A DNA stretch of 64,000 bases from the human T2T-CHM13v2.0 reference genome, Homo sapiens: the NCBI RefSeq assembly GCF_009914755.1, contig NC_060947.1. One strand, 5' to 3'. Every line of letters begins with the position of its first letter. Within the stretch, counting starts at the first letter, position 1. The position numbers and the translations under genes were made by a program. Under the pieces are notes generated by a model that did not search any database, was not told the DNA's origin, and saw only the letters and a list, made by a program, of their open reading frames with translations. Shown here piece by piece: positions 32,040 through 49,850 of the stretch.

Positions 32040-32270
32040 ACTAATAATAGTAATTATTATTTGAATGTTTACTGTGTGCCAAACACTATGCTAAGTGTTT
32101 GAAAAATAGTATGTCATTTAAGTCTTACAATAACTCCATGAAATAGTCATTTAACAGTTCCATTTTATAATTATGATCAATGAGGATTAGAGAGTTAAGT
32201 GACTTGCTTAAGGTCACACAGCCAATAAGTGACAAAATTGAAAAGCAGTACAAAGTGTCTACAATGCCCA
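32040..32270 (-). mobile_element. MIR SINE
   Basis: 'ttatttgaatgtttactgtgtgccaaacactatgctaagtg...agagttaagtgacttgcttaaggtcacacagcc'. Confidence 0.8.
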
Positions 32271-32769
32271 ATTCTCTTACATTTCCCTTTGGGCTCTCCT
32301 CAAGGATGCTAAGGAGCCAATTGCTTTACCAGCTTCTTTTCCCTTCTTACATCTATTGATTTAAAGGCTGTCTATTGCTGCTAACTATAAGAAAACAGAT
32401 GGGTAATAATAAAATATAACAAGTTGGAAAGCTAAAAGAAATCTTCAAGGGTAATGTATTACCCTGCATTTAATTGAAATATAAATTTACTAAGCCCATC
32501 TTCATCATATTCCTGGGTATGATGGATGTGAACTGCAGGCTAACCCCTACCCAATGGTCTCCCTAAGCTATAAATCTTGACAAAGTTACCCAGACATGAG
32601 CTACAAGTAGATTCAGTGGAGTACCACTACTAGATAAGATGAAATTCTTAATTTTCCTCTTTAGATGAGCACCTCAACCCCTTGCCTTCAGTTTGTACTT
32701 ATTTCTTCTTGGCTGCTTTCCTTGGCCCTATCTAGTCCTGAGTATGGACAAGGAAGGCACTTTTCTAAG

Positions 32770-32900
32770 TGGTATAGCATGGTGAAGAGGTGGTATTACA
32801 TAGCAGTTAAGAACAGGAACTCTAGCCAGACTGCCAAGTTTAAAGCCTGGCTTTGCCACTTACCAGTTGTGTAAGCTTGGGAAAATTACTTAATCTGTAC
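32770..32900 (+). mobile_element. MIR 5' fragment
   Basis: 'catagcagttaagaacaggaactctagccagactgcc...ctttgccacttaccagttgtgtaagcttgggaaaattacttaa'. Confidence 0.7.
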
Positions 32901-33104
32901 ATACCTGGTGTACTGTAAACACTATATAACCATTTGTTCTTGATAGTATTAAACTTTCATACATTACAAAGGAAGACCTTGTAATTCCTTTTTTTTTTTT
33001 TTTTTTTTTTTTTGTCCCTACGGGCAGTTCTGGCCACTGGCAGTGCTACTACTCCCTTCCCACCTAGTTTTATTTCCTATTGAGTGGTCACAGATTAGTG
33101 GTTA

Positions 33105-33655
33105 ACACAATGGGATATACCACTTAGCAATTAAAAAAAACAACATCAACCTATTGATACAGGTACAACTTGGATGAATCTCAGGATTATTATGCTGAAT
33201 GAAAACAGGACAATTTCAAAAGGTTACTTACTGTATAATTCCATTTATATAACCATCTATATTATTTTATCATTTAAATAATAAGAACAAATCAGTGGTA
33301 GTCAGGAATCAGAGAAAGTACGAGCTTAGTATAAGGGCGTATCTTTGTGGTAATGAAAAAGTTCTGAACCTTGGTTGTAGTGGTAGTTACACAAATCCAT
33401 ATATGTGATAAAATTGCTTAGAAATACACTCACACACACACGCACACACGAGTGCATGTAAAATCTAGTGCAATCTGAATAAGGTCTGTAGATTGTACCG
33501 ATGTTAAAATATTTCCTGGTTCGGGTATTGCACTATAGTTGTGTAAAATGTTACCATTAGGGGCAGCTGGGTGAAGGGTACACAGGACCATTCTGTTCTA
33601 TATTTGCAACTGTTTATAAGTATTTAATTGTCTCAAAATAAAAAGTTAAGAAAAA
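33105..33655 (+). mobile_element. L1MC/L1MD-type 3'UTR fragment
   Basis: 'acttggatgaatctcagg..ttatgctgaatgaaaa...aaaaggttacttactgtat' and 'atgttaccattaggggcagctgggtgaagggtacacagga'. Confidence 0.7.
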
Positions 33656-34679
33656 CTAGTGATTAAGAATGCTTTTACTTGTGGGTAAACCTGGGCTAAT
33701 TTACCTATTTGGCCAAAGTCAGTATTCACCAAGCTAGTATTTCTGGAACAATACTTAGTTAGGAGAGTGGTTGATAGTTGTGCTGCAGAGAAAGTTTTCT
33801 GAGATCAATACAGTTAGAGGATACTACATACTTCCAACTTGAGATTCCCCTCAATGTTGCTCTATGATTGTCAATCTTGGCTGTGCATCAGAATCATCTG
33901 AATAAAAAATAAAAGAATAAAGGATCTTCAATGAATCAAAGAAATAGCCACAACCCTACACTACACATTGAAAATAATATCTTCCTGTTGCAGTGAAATT
34001 TGGACCAAAGCAATGCAGGAATCTGAGTTAATGTCTGCTTCCATAGATTTCAGGCAGGGTGTAGATTCTCTTAAGTGTTCAAGCCCTGATGATGTGATTC
34101 AGGGCTGTGTCACACAGTGAAAACAACAGGAATGACCCCTTAGGAAAACAGTCCTATAACACAGAAGGGGAGCTAGAGGAAAGGGGAAATTATACCGAAA
34201 TATCATCTTCATTTTCTGAGATCCTCCAGAGGAAATAGGCAACACACAGTTACACAGATGTTGGCCAGTGAGTCGAAAACAAATTAACTAAACAAGATCA
34301 CATTGAACACCTCTAACTCAAGGCATTTCACAGAGTCACGCTGACCTGAAGCTCATTCCACAGATTGATTGCAATGAGCTGTGGAATGAGCTTCCTCTCC
34401 TAAATTAAGAGGAAAAATAACCTCAGCGGAAGACGTGACAATTTAGAGTGAGATGATAGTGAGACAAACCTGAATTAAAGCTTCTGAGATGCCCAAGTTC
34501 ATTTCCTCCCACCTCTTCACATACTGCACTTCAGCAAACAGTTACTTCCATTCAAAGCTGAAAAAAAGGACACAACGCCTAATCATAGATGATTTAAAAG
34601 TAACCAGCAAAACAGCATAGACAAAAGACAATCAATTGGAGGAAAAAGTAAAAACAAGTTTTTGAAAATGATTCAGACG

Positions 34680-35480
34680 TTATTTAACAAATAAACTTCA
34701 AAATTCTATTGAATGATATAAAAAAGACAATTAAATGGAAAAACACACCTTGACCTTGGATAAGAAGACTGAATAATATGAAGTTCCTGATTCTCTGTAA
34801 GTTGGTCTATAAATTCAAAACATGCCAATCTAAATATCAGTAGGTTTTGATGGGAGAGGGAGTTGAAAAAAAGTGATACTGCAGATCATGTGGGGAAAAA
34901 ATAGGTGAAAATATCCAAGAAAATCTTAAAAACTAGTTTTATAAGAAATTATTCTTACTAGATATTAAAATGTATATAAACAAATTTATGTTATAAGATT
35001 AACATATATAGTATAAGATTTATACTGCCACAAGAATAACACCTCTGAATAGGAGTACAAAAATAGGCCCAAACGCATACAATAATAAATTAGATAATAA
35101 AGGCAGCAATTAATTATATTGGATATTCAATATTTAATAAATGGTGTTGAAAAAACTGGTTAGTTGTGTTGAGAGAAAAAAAAAGTGGTGTAGCTATCTT
35201 GATCTTTACGTCAAAATTATTCCAAAAAGTTTAAGGCTTTAAATAGGACTATAAGAGTATTAGAAGAAACATAAGTAATTTTAAACAATGATCTTGGTGC
35301 AGAAAGATTTTTCTAACCAAAATACCTCAATTCCATAATGTGAAAAAAGATAACTATGACCATTAAAACTTCTGTAGGGAAAAATATAAAAACAAGTGAA
35401 AAAAGTAATGTTTGTAACACATGCAACATTTTTTCTTAATTTGGTGCTTAAAATTACTAATCACATATAAAAAGATGCCT
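34680..35480 (+). mobile_element. Highly degenerate L1ME-type ORF2 3' fragment
   Basis: Residual L1 motifs 'ttggataagaagactgaataat', 'tatttaataaatggtgttgaaaaaactggttag'. Confidence 0.5.
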
Positions 35481-35608
35481 ATATCCAAAATGACATTATA
35501 AGGAACTGATGAAATAAATTATAGGACATCCATTTGATGTACATTATATAACATATACGTGCTTTGAAACATCACACTGCACCCCATAAATATGTATAAT
35601 TACTGTCC

Positions 35609-41790
<6,182 letters not shown>

Positions 41791-44788
41791 ATAAAAAATG
41801 TACAATTATTCCACGTCAATTATAAATCCAATACAACTAAAGAGTGAAGATTTACATGCACTGATATAGATAGTACTTCAAAATATAATAAATGAAATAT
41901 GAAAGGTATAAAATAGTAATTATCATGTTTAAAGACATATACATACTTTCTCATATAAAGTGTCAAATTTCAAATAAAGTTTTAAATTATTTTGTACTTT
42001 TCAATATATCTTCCAAATTTTCTACAGTGAACACATTTCATAATCAGAAGATTTAATAAAACAATATAACTTTTAGTAAAGCACAATGCAAAGAAAATAT
42101 GCTTGATCATCTTCAAACTCAGGTAATTAAGCATAATAATTTAAAAATTACAAATATAATTGAAGAGTAAAAGATGAATGAGAAAGCCACTTGCAAACAG
42201 TAACTTTTAATAACACTACTATGGGAAGTAACAGCCTAATTATTATTATATTTTTCTTTATAAATTTGTGTTATGCAAAATTCAAAACTATAAATAATCT
42301 AGGATAATTTATATTAATGGATTTCTGAAAATTCTTAGCTCTATGTTGCTTTATTCAAGAGGTAAAATTTTGGAATGTACCATTGCATAATAAATAAGTC
42401 TATTTTTACAGCAAATTAATGCAGGTATACCTGGTACAAGGTGACTTAAACCCTTCCTACTTCTGAGCTGGAGGCAAACATACACTTGGATTCATTCTTC
42501 AAGTGTATTTTTCCTCAAGTGAATATTAGCTTCACTGAAAATTTCTGATAATTTTTACTGTTGCTCTCTAATAGCTGTATGATAAAAATACATCATAAGA
42601 ACTAAACTACATAGCAATAAATAAAGATTTTTTAGAGAATTTGTTGTGTTCTTCATCTCAAAGAAAGGTATACTTCTAAGTACTATGTCTTTTAATACTA
42701 AAACATTCCACTTTTGACATTTTGAAAATATAATCTACAAAAAACACAAAATGTAAAATTTTAAGTAATGCTTAATTGTGTTGAAATATTATACTGTAGG
42801 TTATACACTCTGCTTCTTCAAATCATGTTGTTTTCTGAGTTCAGATATTCAAAGTATTTTCCAGATATTGAAAACTCAGCTTTTCCATCTTATAAATTGT
42901 TGGGCCAAGATCTGTCAGCCTTTCAGTTTGCTGTCATCCTAGGCTCCAACAGACTCTTCTGTTTAGTGTAAATCTCATTTCTGAATTAGAAAAGCATGTA
43001 ACTTAAATCCAGCAATCACACAGTTATAAATGAACCTGACTTTTTTTCTTCATGGGTTCCACTTTCAAGCACTGTATTTCAAGAGAACTAAAGGAAATAA
43101 AGCACTGAAGGAAATAAATAGTCTTTGGGAACTTCTTCAGTTTGGGTTGGAGTGTCAGATTTAAAATGTAATTATCTTACTTTTAGAGGGATGTTTTTTA
43201 TTTTCCTCTGGTCTACGTGACATTCTTTACAGACCTTATTTTCTGAATATTCAAAAAGGAAGGGATCAGGAAATCTCATTTTAACATCAGCTCCTATCTT
43301 CTTCAACACCTTAATTTTGAAATATTTTGTTCAAATAAAATATAAATTATAACTTCAAAAAGTCAGCACATGCTCAGTACTTTAAGGAGTTTTTTCCTAA
43401 ATCATTTTTCTCCTTTCCCATCTTTGCCCCTCCTTTTGTTTCTCAGCTTTACTAGTTAGCTCAGAATCCAGATTCTCCTTATTCAAAACCTCATCACTTT
43501 CAGGACATTCACTTTGCAATCTGTAGGTATAATCCCACATCTTCACACATGGGCTGGTGGGCTCAAACACCTTATAAAGTGAAGATATATACCTTTTCCC
43601 AGAGCCTGCAATTCCTGATAAAAAATCAGCTTCTATCTTATCGAATCACCCTGAAGCTTTTTAAGGGCAAATGAACTGGCATTGCCAGATAGTATGGCAC
43701 CTCCAGGCTTGGAGCACTCCAGGCTGCAGAATAGGACATTTGCATCCTTTGACTGTGTTGTCACTTTCTTCGCTCAGCTCGGGTACCTTCCATTACCATT
43801 TCAGTAGTCTCTGCTGCTGCTGCTTAGAGATGTCTCTTGTTATCTGAGTCTGCAACATTAAACAAAAAAGACCTAATATTTAGAATGACTAGGTGGATGC
43901 TCAGAGCCCAACTCAGGAGGGAAATGAGCTCATTAACAAGGAGGTGGTCTGGACTGCAAAGGAAGATAAAGAGCGGGTGGAGGAGCAGTCTGGAGGAGGA
44001 GGTGACCTTTTCCTTGGGCCGGGGGCAGCTGGCCTAGACTTTGAGTCACAGCAACAAGAAACATCAAACCATAAGGAAGGTGCAGAAGATGACCCACTGA
44101 ACACTTCTCACTATCTCAGCTTCCCTTTAGCTTAGTTCCCAGCGGGCTTCTCCTTCTAACATCATTCATTGTCTGAGCAAGTGTGATGGGCAAACATGAA
44201 GCCCAATACATGTGCCAGTCCAATGAGTTTTCTGGCTCTGCCCATCTTTCTTAACATGCAGAGGTGGTTGAAGCATCCACTACCGGCTGATTGCATTTCC
44301 AGTATCCCAACTTTACTGATGCATAAATCTTCGGCTCTCTGCAAGCCTGCCCCATCCCTAGATCTAACTTTAAAGTTAAAAAGAACAGTAATAAAACCTT
44401 ACCGAGAGATAAACTGGGAAAAAATACACCAAACCACAAAAGAGCATATCTTAGTATAGTGTGCTTCTGAGTGATTTTCATCTTCTGCATTTCTGCTTCT
44501 ATTTTGCAAACATTCTATAATAACATGTATTCCTTTAATATGGAGAACACAGAAAGGGAAGGTGCTAAATACTTTTGCTAAGAGTTCTAAGATGCAAAAA
44601 GGATATTGCATCCTATGTAGAAGTTTTAAGGGCTCTGCTCTTTGTGATGTCTGGCAAGTACAGTATATATCCTATTTGGACACCTATGCATCAGGAGCCA
44701 GGTACACTATATTTGTTACATTCTTCATTTTGGTTTTGGCATATAAGTAAATCTGCCATATCCATTCTTCGTGGATGCAAAAATCTCA

Positions 44789-45125
<337 letters not shown>

Positions 45126-45719
45126 AACGCTGTGGTATTGCTAAAAACAATAATTTGCTTCCTGATGTTGTGGAAAATCATAAAGCAAACCTAACTATCT
45201 GAACACATGTGGTGGGTTAAATATGACATTGGTTTTAATATTTTTACATTATAGAAATTGGGGAGTGACTATTGTTAAGCAGAATAAAAGTGAGATGCTA
45301 AACTATATATGGTAGGGTACGGAAGACTATTATAGATCATTTTAGGCCTAGAGAGTCAGAAATTCTAAAATCCTCTCTTACTTCGGCTACAGTTTCCTAT
45401 GAGATTTTCAAGGGAAACATTTGTGGACTGGGAAATGGCAAATGTGAAATAAGGTACCACTTTATTATATGCTGTGCTTCTTCCTTTATGTCCAGTGCAA
45501 AGCTCCCTGGTAAACTGAGTTTAAGTGTGAGAGAACCTCCTCACACTTATCTCAAACCAAAATCTTAGGATCTCTTTGTGACCAGCTGCATGGTGAAGAG
45601 ATGAGAGCCTGGTATCACTGTAAGAAAAAATGAGTCAAGGTAGTGTGACCTCCTTCCAAGTCAAGGTGAAGGGTGGGTCCATAGCTTGTCTTCTACATAA
45701 CTGGTGTTGTGAGTGAGGC

Positions 45720-45935
45720 ACTCCTGCTCTCCTTCCCCTCTTCTCTCCAGTTCCCTTTGCCACCGCCCCCCCCCACATTCCTTCTGCTACCCACCTTCCT
45801 CCCTTTCCCTTTTTCACCTCTCTTCTTTCTTCTCCACCCCTCCTTTCTCCCTCCTCCCTTACCCATCCCCATCCCCTTCTACCTTTCCCTTCCTTTCCCT
45901 CCATGCCATGTTCCTTTTCCTTGTTCCATTGCTCT
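45720..45935. repeat. Polypyrimidine/polypurine low-complexity tract
   Basis: About 200 bp that is almost all C/T on the plus strand, including cgcccccccccac. Confidence 0.85.
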
Positions 45936-46125
45936 CCAAAATCTTGAATGAGTGTCCTCCAACAGAAAAGCTAAGATGTGGGAAATACATCAGAATGTTA
46001 ATAATAGTTATCTTTTTATTAAATTGTCCTTTTCCTTGTGATCCTCTACTTTCTTCTATGATAAGCATCCCTCTTTTATAGTCAGGAGAAAAGGCTAGAT
46101 TTTTATAGTATAACACACTTTAATA

Positions 46126-46135
46126 TTTATTTATT
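46126..46135 (-). terminator. Overlapping AATAAA polyadenylation signals for NAP1L3 (a second candidate at 46015-46020)
   Basis: Plus-strand tttatttatt reads AATAAATAAA on the minus strand, about 820 nt past the stop codon. Confidence 0.65.
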
Positions 46136-46952
46136 TTAGGTTGCAATACAAGAACATGAAAAACAGTATCAAATGAAGTGATCATTTTCAGTGAAGGGGA
46201 AGGTAGAACACAATACAAAGAAAACACGGTATCTTTAGTTTACAATTACACAATATAAGATGAAGAAACTTTTTCAAAAATACTATGTTATATTAACACC
46301 TCAGTGGTAAACAATAACATCATTATGATTAAATTTATAGGCCACTATATGTCACATACACAAGGTCTCAGTGAATCAAATGTGGTCTTTTCACATTAGA
46401 TGTATGCTAATCTTTTTCAAGCAGTCAAACTTCAAAATACACTGTTTTATTTACTATAAGTACTGGATTTCTATAGCAAACTAATGAAGGCACAGCTAGT
46501 GCAAGCAGATTTAAACCCTTAGTCTTATGGGCTGGAAAAAAGAAAAAAATAAAACACTTGCATTGGTACTTCATGAACTTTTTTTTTCAAGCAAATATTT
46601 GTTTCAGTTAACAATTCTGACAGTTTCACAGCTACAGTCTAACAGAAACATGACCAAAGGACATCACAAAAATCAACACTGTGTAGCACCAAACTAACAT
46701 GCTTTAGATAATTGACAACAGCTTACATATTTTGAAGAATATTATACTACAACAGCCTAGATAGAATAAACTGGCACTTAGACACTTTTTAGGACTATTT
46801 TTAAAATATAGACTACCAAGAAACCACAAAAACTTGACTATAAGGAATAATAGTGTTCAGGTTACAGGTCAGGGTTTTACTTTTTTCAAGGCTGTATGAA
46901 TCTGCTTCACTTCTTGAGATTTTAAGATTCTTGAAAAATCTTTCAGATTGAC

Positions 46953-48473
46953 TTATTTTCTGTATTTCTTGTTTCCATAATGTTTGCCAAATTGATAGTA
47001 GGTACCATTGACTTCTCCAGTATAGTAATAGATTGATTTCAGGATGACATTATCATGTAAAATCTGCCCAATTTCAAAGTCCTCATCCAGGATAGCATCT
47101 TCTCGTGGTTCCAGCTTCCCAATCATAGGAATCTCAGGAGGACTAAAGAAGTTGAAGAATGATGCATTAGGAACCACTCTTGGCTGGATTTCAATTTCTC
47201 CAGTAGCAGTTGTGCGACTCTGGGTAGTTGTCACAGTAACATCTTTTCCTCTTCTCCAGTCTATCTTGCAGCCTTTGCAATCTTCAATTTCCCATCCCCA
47301 AGAAAAGAAGGGATCATTGTGATCTGGTTTTGCCTTTATTATATATGTCTTCACCAGCACCTCATTTCTGAAGTATGGGTTGGGTAGAAAATGAAATTCA
47401 AAGGTGTAACTTACAGGCTGGCCAGGTTTTGAGAACTTCAGGCTAACATCCGACAAGAACTTCAGAATGGGCTCATCATACTTCTGAATCATAGGCCCGA
47501 GCTTGTCAACATTCTTTAAAACAATCAGCCAATAGTCAGGAATGCCTTTAGGGTCTTCTCTTTTAGGCTTTCCCTTCCTAGCTCTTTTAAGATCTACACT
47601 GTCCTGAAGCCTTTCCTCAGGAACTCTTTTATGAGTCTCTCTTACTGCAGCCCTTGCCTTAGCCTCTGTTGCTTTAGGCTGTTCTTTATCATCTGCCTTT
47701 ACCTGGGGGACTTCTTTAGGATCTTCTTTTACTTCAGGGGTTGCCTCCATACAGTCTTTAGAATCTGCTTTTTCTTCAGCCTTTACCTCAGGAATTTCTT
47801 TAGCAACTTCCTTTTCTTCATCCTTCACCTCAGGAATTTCTTTAGGAACTTCCTTCTCTTCAGCTTTCACCTCTGGGTTTTCTTTAGGGTTTTCTTCTTC
47901 CTCACCCTCTAAGGGAGGCATTTCACTAGGGGTGTTATCCTGCACCTCCTCATCACTGCTGAACTCCTCATCCTCTGAATTCCATTCACATTCTTCTTCT
48001 GTAGGCTCGTATTCTGCATTGATGATTTGAAACCGCCTATCATACAGAGGCTTGTTGAGTTCAGCATATTTTCTTTCAAGATCATGAATTGCTTTTAAGA
48101 ACAGGGTATCTACCTTGTCACATTCATCTTGAATGTTTCTAAGCGCTTGCACACGATTTCTAACTGCCTGAGGCAGCCTATCCACGAAATTTGTTCCCAA
48201 CGGGGCCCGCCGCGCCCTTCTGGAAGGCTCAGGTACCCTCTTCTTTCTATACAAGCGGCTGCGGCTGCTAGTGCTGCCGCTGCTGCTGCTGCTGCTGCCG
48301 CTGCCGCTGCTGCTGCCACTAGTGCTGCTGCTGCTGCTGCTGTCACTAGTGCTGCTGCTAGAGCTACTGCTGTCAGATTCTTCCCCAGAATCACTAGTCG
48401 AGCTAGCCATCTCCTCTTCGGCAACCCCATGGGCGACAGGTTCCGAGACCATTTTAAAATCTGCTTCTGCCAT
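46953..48473 (-). CDS. NAP1L3: Nucleosome assembly protein 1-like 3 (NAP family histone chaperone), single-exon retrogene
   Basis: Uninterrupted 506-aa ORF; strong Kozak GCAAGATGG; in-frame upstream TAG (48485-48483); NAP motifs LERKYAELNKPLYDRR, KGIPDYWL, FEFHFLPNPYF, GCKIDW, SFFNFF, DFEIGQ; N-terminal poly-Ser. Confidence 0.98.
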   Translation of the reverse strand: MAEADFKMVSEPVAHGVAEEEMASSTSDSGEESDSSSSSSSTSDSSSSSSTSGSSSGSGSSSSSSGSTSSRSRLYRKKRVPEPSRRARRAPLGTNFVDRLPQAVRNRVQALRNIQDECDKVDTLFLKAIHDLERKYAELNKPLYDRRFQIINAEYEPTEEECEWNSEDEEFSSDEEVQDNTPSEMPPLEGEEEENPKENPEVKAEEKEVPKEIPEVKDEEKEVAKEIPEVKAEEKADSKDCMEATPEVKEDPKEVPQVKADDKEQPKATEAKARAAVRETHKRVPEERLQDSVDLKRARKGKPKREDPKGIPDYWLIVLKNVDKLGPMIQKYDEPILKFLSDVSLKFSKPGQPVSYTFEFHFLPNPYFRNEVLVKTYIIKAKPDHNDPFFSWGWEIEDCKGCKIDWRRGKDVTVTTTQSRTTATGEIEIQPRVVPNASFFNFFSPPEIPMIGKLEPREDAILDEDFEIGQILHDNVILKSIYYYTGEVNGTYYQFGKHYGNKKYRK

Positions 48474-49154
48474 CTTGCAAGCCTACAAACTCTACCAGGG
48501 AGACCGCGCGACCAGAGATGGGCAGAAAATGACTCACGGATGCTTGAGTGGCGGCGGCGGAGGCCCGGGCTGCGGAGGTGGCAGCGGCGATGGCAGCAGC
48601 GGCGCAGAGCGGAGCTGGAGCTGGGGATGCAGAGGCCGGCGCTGAGGTGGCAGCGGCAGTGGAGGCTTGGGCGACAGCGGTGGCGGCAAGGCCTCTCCCG
48701 GCTGCAGCTAGAGTGCCGAGATGTACCGCAGCCGAATGGCGCAGTATGAGACCCCGAGATCTCTTCTCGTTTTAGATCGCGAGCCCCCTCCCCTTGCAGT
48801 CAGACCTCCCGTTAATTTCGTTCCCAGTGTGCCTTTAGTTCGCTCCTCATTTGCTGGTCCACCTTAATTGACAAACTGTACGCCCAACGAACGGCCAAAC
48901 GCCACTACTCCTGGCTCCGCCCACCTTCCCAGACGCCGCTCGCTGGCTGAGGTGCGACCCCTTGGAAGGTGTCCCCCTGCCCCCCAAAAAGTCTATATTT
49001 ATAGTTTTATAATTAAAAAAGAAAAAAAAGCGTAGACATGAGGTAAAAATACCAGCCATAGTTCCTAACAAGGGCAAAAGAGGCGTGTCTTCCTTCTCCC
49101 ATCCGCCCACCCTGAATTCCCGTTTAGTTTGTCACGGGTCTCTTGACAAAAAGC

Positions 49155-49189
<35 letters not shown>

Positions 49190-49215
49190 ATGAAAATGGT
49201 CCAAATGGCGTCATT
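48170..49215. promoter_or_regulatory. CpG island and bidirectional promoter (NAP1L3 on minus, FAM133A on plus)
   Basis: The only CpG-dense GC-rich stretch in the window; GC boxes (ccgccc near 48916 and 49103); YY1-like AATGGCG near 48735 and 49204; head-to-head arrangement is recalled knowledge. Confidence 0.8.
48257..48372 (-). repeat. Interrupted (AGC)n trinucleotide repeat encoding the NAP1L3 poly-serine tract
   Basis: Plus-strand (GCT)n runs interrupted by gcc/act/agt. Confidence 0.9.
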
Positions 49216-49424
49216 GGGTAGTGTGACTATGGACGATTTAAAAACAAAACGATTTTCTCTAAATATTCTATGAGCATGCATTTTTACACTGGATAAAAAA
49301 GGGGAGAGTCGGTTATTGGCAGAGGAGGGAGGGACTAGACAGCAGGCGTATTGCATTCCACGAAGCTGATTTAATAAGTGCTGTCTGTGATGTTTGGCAA
49401 GCCTGGTTTATATCCATCTACAAG
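49190..49424 (+). other. FAM133A: Probable non-coding first exon of FAM133A (start approximate)
   Basis: YY1 motif CCAAATGGCG at about 49201; candidate donors CAAG|GTTTGC (after 49424) and GCC|GTGAGT (after 49444); gene identity comes from known synteny with NAP1L3, not from coding sequence in this window. Confidence 0.55.
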
Positions 49425-49850
49425 GTTTGCGAACCCATGTTGCCGTGAGTCAGTTACACCATTTTTATTATATTTCTCTTTTTAGGCTGGCATATTATAT
49501 ACCCCAACCTTGCTGCTAACTTGCCACGTAGCCCTTCTCAATGCTTGTAACAACCTTGTAGATAAAACAAAGAGGTATTAAATGTTAGGTAGTATTGTTA
49601 AAAAGCAAATGATTTGCGTTATACTTTTGTGCAGCAGGTTTCAATTCCAAGAACAGTGGGATGGGAGGGGGAATTTGTGCTAATGAATGTGCATCTTCTG
49701 TCAGTGTATGCGATGTCATCTGCCACCAATTTCCTTCTAATGTTGTAAAATTCTAGCCATACTATAGTATGATTTACAAGTCCAGTAATATGTGAATAAA
49801 CTTTTGCAAAATGAAGTTTAAAAACGAGTATTTGTTATTTTTATTTACAG

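Noticed and set aside
43837-44490. Several 60-90 aa ORFs in unique sequence
   Set aside because: No recognisable homology or consistent frame; lengths are within chance expectation
48129-48775. Plus-strand 206-aa, 124-aa and 75-aa ORFs antisense to NAP1L3
   Set aside because: Open because GCT/GCG repeats and the CpG island lack stops; low-complexity products with non-ATG starts
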